This document shows positions 10,205 through 20,000 of a stretch of DNA of 20,000 bases, in pieces. The notes beneath the pieces are model-generated. The model was not told where the DNA came from, did no database searches, and saw only the letters and a program-made list of their open reading frames with translations. A program made the translations under genes and the position numbers. The DNA lies in contig NC_057718.1 of the NCBI RefSeq assembly GCF_004010195.1, positions 54,633,493 through 54,653,492 of the forward strand, in the 5' to 3' direction. This DNA comes from Chiloscyllium plagiosum. Taxonomy: Eukaryota. How positions within the stretch are numbered: position 1 is the stretch's first letter; every line of letters begins with the position of its first letter.

Positions 10205-12366
10205 CTCACTTGGAGGTAATTGTCATCTGTTTGGAAGGTGCTGTCTAAGGATCTTTGGTGAACTTCTGCAGTGCATCTTCTAGACAGTACACACTATTGC
10301 TACTGAGCTTCAATGGGGGGAGGGAGCAGATGTTTGTGGATGTAATGCCAATCAAGCAGGCTGCTTTGTGCTGAATGGTATTAAGCTTAAATGCTATTGG
10401 AGCTGCACTTATCCAGGCAAGAGGGGATTATTCCATCACACTCCTGAGTTGTGCCTTGTGGATAGTTGACAAGATTTAGGGAGTCAGATGATTTATTTGC
10501 TGCAGTATTCCCAGCCTCTGACCTGCTCTTGGAGCCACTATATTTATGTAGCAAGTCCACAGTTTCTGGTTAATGGTAACCCCCAGAAAGTTGACAGTTT
10601 GGGATTCAACGATGATAATGCCATTGAATGTCAAGGGGCTATGGTGAAAGTGTCTTTTACAGGAGATGTTCATTGCTTGGCATTTGTGTGGTGTGAATAT
10701 TACTTGCCACTTGTCAGCCCAAGCCTACATATGGCCCAGGTCTTGTCGTATTTGACCATGAATTGCTTCAGAATCCAAGGAGTTGTGAATGATACTGCAG
10801 ATCTGCAATCAATCATGAGCAACAGTTGAAACCCCGCTTTAGATCTTACGGAGAGAAAAGGTTATCTTCTGGTTTGATGACAAAGGTTGGGTATATGCTG
10901 GGTCTTAGGGTTGCAAATTGGAAAACAATTCTGCTGCTATTGATGGCCCATAGCACTTCATGGATGCACAGTCTTGAATTGCTAGATCTGTTGTGAAGTC
11001 TGTCTCATTTAGCATGGTGATAGTGCCACACAACACAATACAATACAAGATAATCTCAATGTAGAGACAAAGTTCTGCCTTGACAAGGACAGGTGCATCT
11101 GCAGTAGGCTAAATGGCAAGAATGGGGTCAAGTATGTTTTTCCTTCTTGTTGGTTCCTTCACCATCTACCACAGATCCAGTCTAGTAGTTAGGTCCTTTA
11201 GGACCCCACCAGCTCGATCAGTAGTGCTGCTGCCAAGACACTCTTGGTGGTGGACATTAAGTCCCTCACTCAATGCATATTACACTCTTGCCATCCTTAG
11301 TTCTTTCTCCAACTGAGGTTCAACATGAAGGACTGTTGGTTCATCAGCTGAGTGAGGATAGTATGTTTCAATTAGATTTCCTTGCCCATTTTAACCTGAT
11401 GCCATGAGGCTTCATGTGGTCCAAAGTGAATGTTGAGGACTCCAGGTCAACTCACCCCTGACTATGTCATTATGCTGCCAAATCTGCTGGGTCTGTCTCT
11501 CCAGTGGTACAGAATGTATACAGGGATGGTGATTGCTATGTCTGGGAAATGGTCTGTAAATTATGATTGCATGAGTATAACAATGTCAGACTGTTGCTTG
11601 ATTAGTTTGAGAGGCAGCTCTCCCAATTAAGGCAATAGCCCCCACATTAGATAGAAGGACTCTGCAGAGTCGACAGGATTGTTGTCTTTTGCGGTGCATA
11701 GGTCAATACCAGGTGGTCTTGTGGTTTCCTTTCTTTGCTGAGATTTTAAGTAATTGATAGTGGGTGGCACGGTGGCACAGTGGTTAGCACTGCTGTCTCA
11801 CAGTGCCTGAGACCCGGGTTCAGTTCCCGCCTCAGGCGACTGACTGTGTGGAGTTTGCACGTTCTCCCCGTGTCTGCGTGGGTTTCCTCCGGGTGCTCCG
11901 GTTTCCTCCCACAGTCCAAAGATGTGCAGGGCCAGGTGAATTGGCCATACTAAATTGCCCGTAGTGTTAGGTTAGGAGTAAATGTAGGGGTATGGGTGGT
12001 TTCGCTTCGGCGGGTCGGTGTGGATTTGTTGGGCCGAAGGGCCTGTTTCCATACTGTAATGTAATCTAATCTAATCTAATCTGATACAATTGAGTGGCTT
12101 GCGGGTTGAGAGTCAACCACATTGCTGTGCTCTAGAGTCACATGTAGGTTAGACCAGGCATAAATGGCAGATTTCCTACCTTGAAGGACATTTGTGAACC
12201 AGGTGGACTTTTCCAATCATTTTGAGGTCATCATGAGATTCTTGATTTCAGTTTTTTTTTTAAATATAGAATTAAAATTCAAAATTTATTCAAACCAGAG
12301 TTCCCAGCACATGAGCTGAGCTTCTGGAATAATAGTCCAGCAATAGTAACTAGGCCATTTTGCCTT
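10205..12366 (-). mobile_element. Degenerate CR1/L2-group LINE with tRNA-like 5' head, APE endonuclease and partial RT; internally deleted and interrupted by an HE1 SINE
   Basis: Minus-strand translation gives endonuclease-like LGEL..LIKQQSDIVIL...ITIP..Y..RDRP (~11630-11480) and EPTRRKNILDPIL (~11160-11120), then RT C-terminal FLGVTINQKL..YINIVAPRAGQRLGIL (ORF 10476..10673). Many stops and frameshifts. 5' end aaggcaaaatggcctagtt...ggtttgaat. Confidence 0.8.
11760..12081 (+). mobile_element. Full-length young HE1 (V-SINE), tRNA-derived
   Basis: A box TGGCACAGTGG 11773-11783, B box GGTTCAGTTCC 11817-11827, V-domain gtgtggagtttgcacgttctccccgtgtctgcgtgggtttcctccgggtgctccggtttcctcccacagtccaaagatgtgc, LINE-type 3' end gggccgaagggcctgtttcc, (TAATC)n tail, candidate TSD tgata at 11755-11759 and 12082-12086. 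CpGs are retained. Confidence 0.93.
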
Positions 12367-13339
12367 GGTTCCAATGAAACTGAACTGTTGAGGTGGTTTC
12401 GAATGCATTGTAAAAAGACTCCACAGAACTTCTTCCAATGATACTTCCACGAAGGGAGGATTCATCCAGAAGACAGTGATTTAGCTAATAGTTTCCAAAG
12501 GTGGGAATTGCAAATTGAATAAAGGTAGATAGGAAATTAATTAGTCCTTTAACCTTATAAATTTAAGATCAAATGCATAATAAATCACTTTTCTCATGGG
12601 TTTATCTTGAACTTAGTAAATATATCACAACTACATTTACTAGATTAATTCACGTCTGGTGAATTCTCTTTCAGTTTTACTGCTGTACTTGATAATTCCT
12701 TACCAATTATCAACCAGAACTAAACTCATTTGTGTGTTGAAAGGCAGATTAATCCGCTATACAGATACTTGAGAATTCAGTGGAACTCAAGTGCTTATTT
12801 TAAAAGCTTAATGTGGAGTACATTTAACCCTCACTGTTATTCATTGTTTAATAAAAAGGATCCAACTTGGTGAAATTAATCTACAAATGACAAAATGTTG
12901 AGAACTTGGTGCAATGTCATACTATGTGGCGACAGGAAACTCTACATCTTGCAATGACCAAGCAGAGACTTTTTTTTTACTCTGTGAAGCAAAGCTGGAC
13001 ATATACAAACATGGCAGAATTCTAATATGGATTGCAAAAAACTTGGCATTGCAGCCATCTACATCAGACCATCTTGCAAGTTATCACAATTTTGGTTTCT
13101 TTGTGCTCCAAACACCTCTCTTAGGTAATGCAATGGAGTCATCTGAAGGATTTTGCTCCTTTCAGTATATTAACTATCAAGCCTGAATTTGGATATCACT
13201 GTTTTTAAAAAGACCTCCAATGATGTTTGGAAGGGACTGAACAAGTATTGATTAATGGTGCGTGCATACTGCTTTCAAACATTGCTGGCAAATATATCCC
13301 TTCACTATATACACAGTCCTCCACATCAGATTATTAAGC

Positions 13340-13560
13340 ACTTTTTTCAATCTGGATACATGGAATGCCTCATATAAGAATGGAGAGAGCATTTCAGAAT
13401 ACCAGTCTTAACAAAGCCCACCTGATTTGGAGGTATTAACGTTGCTAGTACTTCTTCCATGTCTTTGCCATAATTTTTGCAAAATGTGTACATCTCCTGC
13501 AGACATGGGGGTCCATATCTGTTTATAAAAGCAGAGAATGCTGCCCTGTTCAAATTCAGA
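13340..13560 (-). mobile_element. Ancient L1/Tx1-like RT fragment (may extend further on both sides)
   Basis: With frameshifts the minus strand reads DVHI-AKIMAK-MEEVLATLIPPNQVGFVK, resembling the L1/Tx1 RT motif D.KILAK.LA.RL..VL..LI.PDQ.GF.K. Confidence 0.5.
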
Positions 13561-15217
13561 AGCAAGATTTATTTTTAACTCACCTCATTATGGAATATCA
13601 GAAGTCTCAGCAACACTTTCTGATAAGGAGAACTAAATTAAGATTTCCTACAATGACAGAGACCAGGGTCAAAGAACAGGCTAAGTGGCCTTCAATGTCT
13701 CAGTTACGTTTATGACCTTCCCAATGTGATTTTATTGTCATGTGACATAGAAAGACTCGAAGTCAATTGAATTCAGTTACTTTGGATTTGGAAATTTTTG
13801 TAAGAAACACAAGCCACTCAAGAATTTTATTGCAAAATCCAATTCAAGTTTTCTTTTGAAAAGCAGACTGAACTACACCCTAATAAAAATTTATCTTTGG
13901 CAAACATTTCCATTCTGTAATTTCTAGTCTTGGATAAAGTTGCTCGACTTCATCCAAAGAGATCAAGCTTTTTCAGTACATTAGCCTGTTAGGCAGGGAC
14001 TCATTTGAGATCTTTTCCCTAGAGACTTCCTTTGATATTAGGATGGAGCATTAGAAAGGTGGATGCTGTTTGGAGGATACAGTCAGATTAGAAGATGACA
14101 AAAAAAATCACAAAGAAATGAGAGAGAGAATATATGTTGAAAGCAAGATAAGGAATAGAAGTATGAATTCAAGTAGTATAGTGATGAAGGGAGGGATGCA
14201 AAAGCAGGTAGCCCTCACAAAGTTCCTGAAGGTACCACTTGAAGGGGAACAACTTGAAGTGAATCACTGGTTCCCATACAAATCGATGTTCATGCCAGAG
14301 ATTGGTTCCTTCAGACAGTTTCTTGGCCAGAGAAAGAGAGCACAACTTGAAACACTATCATACAAATAATACAATCTGCATTCTCAGTTTAAATAACTCA
14401 CAAAAAAAGCACATAAATTAAAAAAGAAATACAATGTATACAAAGAAAATACTTTTATGTAGTCAATTTCATCTAGTGGCACAAATTCAACTTTTGCAGA
14501 TAAGAGGAAAGGGCGAGAGTGGCGATGCTGGAAGGAAGCAAAGCAAAAGAGAAAGACAATGCTGGGATGCAAAGCTTGGGCAAGGAGAGTAATAAAATTA
14601 AACTAGAAATCTCAATCGAATTCAAAGATACAGGCTTTAAAAAAATAAAATGTAATTCAAATAATGCTAAGTAGGGCAACATGAAACAAGGACCAGCACA
14701 TAAATCCCAAAGACCCTTCATGAAATTTCAAAAATGTGTGCAAAGTGCATAAACATGAAAATTTATAGAATCACAGTATCATTAAGGTGCAGAGGGCGGC
14801 GATTCAGCCTCCTGTGTCTGAACTAAGCCTCAAGCATTTTCATTTGGTGCCAATCTCTTGCCTTTTCATAACAACCCTGCATATTGTTTCTAATTAAATA
14901 ATCATCCAACACCCTCTTAAATGCCTCAACTGAACCTGCCCCAATATACTTCCGGGCAGTGCATTTAATACCCTAACTACTTGCTATCTTTTCTCAGCTC
15001 ACATTGCTTCTTTTGAAAAATACATTAAAACTACCCCTCTAGTTTGTGATCTGTTTATGAATGGTAACAGTTCTTCTCTATCAACTTTGTCCACATCTCC
15101 CATGACTTTGAAAAGCTCTATCAAATCTCCAACTTGTCATCTCCTCTCCAAGGAAAACAATCCCAAAGTTTCCCATCTTTCACCCTAACTGGTGTCACAC
15201 TCCTGGAAATATTCTGC

Positions 15218-15456
15218 AAACTAGGAGAAAATGAGGACTGCAGATGCTGGAGATCAGAGTCAAAACATGTGGTGCTTGAAAAGCACAGCTGGTCAGGCAG
15301 CATCTGAGGAGCAGGAGCATCTGCGTTTTGAAGAGCTTCTGCTCAAAACTTCAACTCTCAGGCTACTTGGATGTTGCCTGACCGGCTCTGCTTTTCCAGT
15401 ACCACACTTTTTGACTCTGATCTCCAGCATCTGCAGTCCTCATTTTCTCCTAGTTT
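15218..15456. repeat. PLE pLTR-derived foldback (MITE-like) copy 1
   Basis: Perfect 48 bp terminal inverted repeats (15218-15265 and 15409-15456) with imperfect inner arms. Related to the PLE terminus at 16061-16176 (gactgcagatgctgga...caggcagcatc.aaggagcag). Confidence 0.9.
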
Positions 15457-15473
15457 CCTGGAAATATTCTTGC

Positions 15474-15673
15474 AACTAGGAGAAAATGAGGACTGCAGAT
15501 GCTGGAGATCAGAGTCAAGAAGTGCACTGCAAGAAAAACAGAGCCAGTCATGCGGTTTTGGAGGAGCCCAAGAGTCAAAGTTTTGAGCAGAAGCTCTTCA
15601 AAACGTCGATGCTCCTGCTCCTCGGATGCTGCCTGATCAGCTATGCTTTTCCAGCATCACACATTCTGACTCT
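15474..15673. repeat. PLE pLTR-derived foldback copy 2 (right arm truncated)
   Basis: Starts with the same aactaggagaaaatgaggactgcagatgctggagatcagagtcaa; the right arm ends at tgactct (15673), after which the host CR1 resumes. Confidence 0.88.
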
Positions 15674-16060
15674 ACTCTTGAATACCTCTTCTGCAGTTTT
15701 TCATGTGTTTGTGTCCTTCCTATGTGGCATCCAGAACTGGACATAATACTTCAATTGAGGTTTAACCAGTCAAATTATACAAGTTCACAAATACCCTATC
15801 TGCTCTTGTACTCCATGATCTTATTTGTAAAGCCTAGAATAATGTATGCATTTTTAGTATTAGCTTTCTATCTGTACTGCAACATTAATGACTTATGCAC
15901 TGAGACACCCACATCTCCCTCCTCCTGCACACCATTCAGAATAGGACCCTTTGTTTTCTTCTGTGCCTCCATTTTCTTTGTACCAAAGGGCATCACTTCT
16001 ACGCAGTGGATTTTATCTCCCACCTATTTATCCACTCACCATGGCAATATCTTTTTGAAG

Positions 16061-16382
16061 GTAAAAACAATGACTGCAGATGCTGGAAACCAGATTCTGG
16101 ATTAGTGGTGTTGGAAGAGCACATCAGTTCAGGCAGCATCCAAGGAGCAGCAAAATCGACGTTTCGGGCAAAAGCCAGATGCCTGGAGGAAGAACGCCTC
16201 ATCTTCCGCCTTGGAACACTTCAACCCCAGGGCATCAATATGGACTTCAACAGTTTCCTCATTTCCCCTTCCTCCACCTCACCCTNNNNNNNNNNNNNNN
16301 NNNNNNCTTTCTCCCCACCCCCACCCTCCTCTAGCTTATCTCTCCACGCTTCAGGCTCTCTGCCTTTATTCCTGATGAAGGG
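16061..16382. mobile_element. Penelope-like element 3' fragment with inversion
   Basis: 16061-16176 is a pLTR tail on minus. 16177-16382 on plus encodes the GIY-YIG C-terminal motif RCLEEERLIFRLGTLQPQGINMDFNSF and ends in cctgatgaaggg. Confidence 0.88.
16286..16306. other. Assembly gap (21 N)
   Basis: Run of N within the pyrimidine-rich PLE 3' region. Confidence 0.99.
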
Positions 16383-16691
16383 TACATTAATAGGATGATT
16401 GGATTTTAATGGTGTGTGAATTTAGATTTACAAGTTGTTTTGTTCCTCAGTATTTAAAAAAATACTTCAATTTACATTCTTGAAGCCCAAATCAATGACC
16501 ACAAGATTGACTAAACTGAACTCTAATTACAATACTTCTGTCCACTCAACCTGATGTACCTTTGCAATGTTTTGTTCCTATCTGCACTATCTATCTCTTT
16601 TGAATTTTAGTTTTCTTTTCAGGGTAATAGCCATTTCCTCAAATTCTTAAGTCCACTTTTGAAGGGAGAAGGGAATTTATTAATCACTTAC

Positions 16692-16783
16692 CAAGCATCT
16701 GCAAATGATCCTCCTTCTCCACTCAATGGGGCTTCCATTAACAATTCAAATAGCCAATGAAGTTTACGAGGGTCCCTACTCTC
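16692..16783 (-). CDS. PSME4: PSME4/PA200 coding exon (first in window, 92 bp)
   Basis: Minus strand reads ttctcacag|GAG AGT AGG...GCT TG|gtaagt and translates ESRDPRKLHWLFELLMEAPLSGEGGSFADA(C), matching vertebrate PSME4 as I recall it. Phase-2 end joins the next exon (TG|C = Cys). Not in the supplied ORF track. Confidence 0.96.
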
Positions 16784-16974
16784 CTGTGAGAATAAAATTA
16801 AGTGATTGTTCTTTTGATAAACTCTTTTTGATCTACCAGTCTGACAATAATGCAACAGAAAAGCAAATACTTAATCATGAAACTTTTAATATAAACAAAA
16901 ATAAGTTATGTCAATTTGAAGAAGAAACAGATGATTATGCTGATCAGTCTTTGAGGAACAGGATTTAAGTAAAC

Positions 16975-17099
16975 AAAGACAAAGAACTGTGATTATTAGA
17001 AATCCGAAACAAAAACAGAAATTGTTCGAGAAGCTCAGCAGTCTGGCAGCATCCATGGAAAAAAAAAGTTAATATTTCTGGCTCAGTGACCCTTCTTCA
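16975..17099 (-). mobile_element. Third PLE pLTR-type fragment with decayed hammerhead
   Basis: Minus strand tgaagaagggtcactgagccagaaatattaac...ggatgctgccagactgctgagcttctc...tttctgtttttgtttcggatttc. The core reads TTGAAGA...GAAAT, so it is degenerate. Confidence 0.65.
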
Positions 17100-17804
17100 A
17101 GGTCAAAGGATGTGGGTTAGGGTTCAAAAAGTCTAGATAAATCTTAAACACTAACATTAAACAGTTGCTCTAAACAGTTTGCATGATGCTGCTCCTTTAA
17201 CAAAGTTATGTTGTCCTTTTTTTCCCCTCAGAGTGGTCCTAAAGAGACAGGCTTCAGTATGTCTAGATTTGGAGATTTTTCAGGCCAATTTGATTATAGC
17301 AAACCGATACTTCCTCATGCAAAAGACTTCCAAGTTTAAAATAAAACACTTGTACAATGAAAGGGGAGTGGCCTGTTCTCCTAGCTCAGTTTCTCTTGTC
17401 TGGTTTGGTTTTCGCAAGCAGTCAGTTGCAAAGCTGCTGGACCCAAAGAAGCAGGTCCATGCGGATCCTCCCTCTCTCTGACATCTCTCCTGTAAGACCG
17501 TGTTTGATTTTACCTTTTCCAAGGGTGTTTATGGGGATTATTGCAGGAATTTGGAACAGCGTCATTAAGTTGGAATAATCTGTTAGGTTTTCGGATAAAT
17601 AAGTTATTCTATATTTTGTTCTCTTTTGTTTGTATTTCATTCGGTAATCTTGCAAATAAATTCTGTTTTGTTTAAAACTAAGTGGTTAGGCCAGCCACAT
17701 CACTCCTGCAATATCCAATTTACACCTATTTAAACAACTAGCAAATTTAGGATCCGGGCTACTTTCTTGAAATGTTTTGAGGGCGTCTGGCCTGGTCCAT
17801 AACA
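17100..17804 (+). mobile_element. Probable solo LTR (Gypsy/ERV-like); 5' boundary uncertain
   Basis: Non-coding, AATAAA at 17655-17660 followed by ~140 bp ending ...ggtccataACA, a typical LTR 3' end. No matching TGTTA start or TSD could be identified. Confidence 0.4.
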
Positions 17805-17889
17805 TTTGTGATATAAATTTCCATGTAATATTGCCTTATAGGTTCCACTTCTCTCAATATATTGCTCAATGTTCGTAAGTCTAATAACT

Positions 17890-18785
17890 GAGAGAGAAAA
17901 AGTATGGTAAATTAATAGGATGATAAGTCAATAGATTCCTAGATTTGATGGGTTATACCAGAGGATATTAAAGAAATTTGCTGTAGCGATAGTGTAATCT
18001 TCTCAGAATCCTAAGATTCTGGTAAAGTCCCAGAGAATTGGAAAACTGCCAATCTCTCATTCAAAATGTTATAGAAACAAAATGACTTATAGGCTAGTAA
18101 GCTTTAATATCTCTCATTCAGAAATGTTAAAGTTTATCATAAAGGATTTATTAGGAGAGCAATTGGAAATACATAACATAAAACAGAGTTGGCATGGTTT
18201 CATGAAGCAGAAATCATGCCTATTAAACTTGTTACAGTTCTTTGAAGAGATAGTTAGCAGGATGGACAAAGGGGAACCAGTAACTATAACATTTTGGATT
18301 TTCTAATGTGTTCAATAAGGTATTGCATTTAAACGAATAGCCTGTATTGTTGGATAGAGTAATAGAAGGTAGATTTGGGACAAAGGAGGGAATTTTCAGA
18401 ATGGTAACGAGGGTAGTGCATTTTGGTTCAGTGCTGTGGCCACAATTATTTACAATACATATTAATGATCACTACAATTTAGTTTACAGATGACACAACA
18501 GGTGGGAGTACAAGTGGTGAGGATGGCAGTGTCTACAGAGGTTAAGAGAGTGGGCAAAACAATTGCTCTATGGAAAATAATGTGGAAAAATGAGAGGTTA
18601 TGCATTTTGGCAAGTAAAGGAACCAAGGATTATTAAATAGTGAAAAACTATAGAAAGATGCTGGAGTGGGATTTAGAGACCTTGTGCATACATCACAAAA
18701 ACTAGTATCCATGTTCAGCATGTAATAGGGAAGGCAAATGGAATGATGGTCTTTACTTCAAAAGGAAATGGACGATAAAAACAGT
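17890..18785 (+). mobile_element. Degenerate CR1 ORF2 reverse transcriptase fragment
   Basis: Motifs DSGKVPENWKTAN, YRLVS, HGFMKQKSCLLNLLQFFEEI..RMDKGEPV, GSVLWPQLFTIHIND and FTDDT in order, with frameshifts and stops. Confidence 0.9.
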
Positions 18786-18869
18786 TTTCAACCCTGAAAA
18801 TGGTCCCTTTATCCCAATTCTGTTTCCTTTTATTACCCCCAGCACCATGGACTGTTAGCTAAGGAGCTA

Positions 18870-19631
18870 TACTATAGGGGTTAGGGATGTCTCAGATCGA
18901 CTGCAGAAAATTCTCAAGGGGGAGGGTGAACAGCTAGTTGTCATGGTGCATATAGGCAGCAATGATATAGGTAAAAATGGGATGAGGTCCTACACGAAGA
19001 ATTTAGGGAGTTACGAACCAAGTTAAAAAAATAGGATCTCAGAAGTGGTAATCTCAGGATTGCTACCAGTGCCTTGTGCGAGTCAGAGCAGCAATGACAG
19101 AACATTCAGGATGAATGCATGGCTTGAGAGATGGTACAGGAGGGAGGAGTTCAGACTTTTGTGACATTGGGATCAGTTCTGGGGGAGGTAGGACTATTAC
19201 AAATTGGATGGTTTACACCTGGAACCAATGTCCTTGGGGGTACTTTCACTAATGCTGTTGGGGAGGGATTAAACTAATGAAGTGGGGGATGGGAACCAAA
19301 TGGGGATGTTAGTGGATAGGAAGGAGATAGTAACTAAAGCCTCTAAAGGAAGTAGCTAATGAAGACAGAGTGACTAAGGGGAAGAGTGTAGGCAGGAAGC
19401 GGAGGGTGAATGCAGAGGGACTGGTGGTCTGAGGTGCATTTATTTTAATGCAAGTAGTATAGTAGGTAAGGCAGATAAACTTAGGGCTTGGATTAGTACC
19501 TGGGAGTATAATGTTATTGCTATTACGGAGGCTTGGTTGAGGGAAGGGCATGACTGGCAACTAAATAGCCCAGGATATCGATGCTTCAGGCAGGATGGAG
19601 AGTGAGGTAAAAGGGGTGGAGGAGCTGCATT
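18870..19631 (+). mobile_element. CR1 fragment: ORF1 SGNH esterase C-terminal part and ORF2 endonuclease N-terminus
   Basis: VRDVSDRLQKILKGEGEQLVVMVHIGSNDIG, VVISGLLPVP, DGLHL, then LRCIYFNASSIVGKADKLRAWISTWEYNVIAITEAWL...PGYRCFRQD. Confidence 0.9.
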
Positions 19632-20000
19632 AGACCATAAGACCATAAGGTGTAGGAGCGGAAGCAAGGCCAATCGGCCCATCGAGTCCACTCCGCCATT
19701 CAATCATGGCTGATGGGTATTTCAACTCCACTTACCCGCATTCTCCAAGTAGCCCTTAATTCCTTGTGACATCAAGAATTTATCAATTTCTGCCTTGAAG
19801 ACATTTAGCGTCCCAGCCTCCACTGCACTCTGTGGCAATGAATTCCACAGGCCCACCACTCTCTGGCTGAAGAAATGTCTCTGCATTTCTGTTCTGAATT
19901 TACCCCCTCAAATTCTAAGGCTGTGTCCACGGGTCCTAGTCTCCTCGCCTAACGGAAACAATTTCCTAGCGTCCACCCTCTCCAAGCCATATATTATCTT
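19632..20000 (-). mobile_element. Younger CR1 3' end inserted in opposite orientation; continues beyond the window
   Basis: Tail repeat (gaccataa)2, then aggccaatcggcccatcgagtccactccgccattcaatcatggctgat. The minus strand encodes RGQNLEIRG..RTEMQRHFFSQRVVGLWNSLPQ-like C-terminal ORF2 sequence. CpGs are retained. Confidence 0.88.

Larger units (their letters stand above)
14765..16060 (-). mobile_element. CR1 LINE 3' portion, interrupted by PLE-derived foldbacks
   Basis: Tail atagaatcacag...ggcgattcagcc, then ccctcttaaatgcctcaactgaacctgcc, ctctatcaaatctcc, ccagaactggacataatacttc (minus strand EVLCPVL, similar to LEYCVQFW). The sequence resumes after 15680. Confidence 0.8.

Noticed and set aside
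11762..11835. Functional tRNA gene
   Set aside because: The tRNA-like part continues into the V-domain and LINE-type tail of an HE1 SINE, with no Pol III terminator after it.
14070..14721. ORFs in the purine-rich stretch
   Set aside because: Low-complexity A/G-biased sequence with no recognisable domain or splice-compatible fit to PSME4, whose exons at 16692 and 8156 already join in frame.
15121..16105. Paralogous-looking ORFs starting MRTADAGDQSQ or MLPDQLCFSS
   Set aside because: They arise from the palindromic duplicated repeat arms.
16705..16968. 87 aa plus-strand ORF overlapping the PSME4 exon
   Set aside because: Antisense shadow of the real exon with no independent coding signal.
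1..20000. A novel multi-gene or prokaryote-type system
   Set aside because: The window is explained by six exons of one conserved vertebrate gene plus decayed retroelements; there is no long intact ORF or operon-like structure.

Overview
Eukaryotic, AT-rich genomic DNA, most likely from a shark or other elasmobranch (inferred from HE1/V-SINE, Deu-type SINE, CR1 and Penelope repeats). The window lies inside the 3' part of a PSME4 (PA200, proteasome activator subunit 4) gene on the minus strand. Six GT-AG coding exons (16692-16783, 8025-8156, 5694-5902, 5004-5089, 3721-3849, 1179-1334) splice in frame to 804 nt / 268 aa; the gene's start and stop lie outside the window. The introns are filled with retroelement debris: CR1-type LINE fragments, SINEs, a probable solo LTR, an L1/Tx1-like relic and several Penelope-like (PLE) pieces. 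I see no convincing new biological system. The most interesting structures are PLE-derived: a ~520 bp foldback carrying a minimal hammerhead ribozyme motif sense to the PSME4 pre-mRNA, a tandem pair of foldbacks whose centres are flipped relative to each other, and a 5'-inverted insertion broken inside its hammerhead. A LINE relic that begins with a tRNA-like head is also notable. Family names come from my recall of consensus sequences, not from a database search. Most of the supplied ORFs are spurious.
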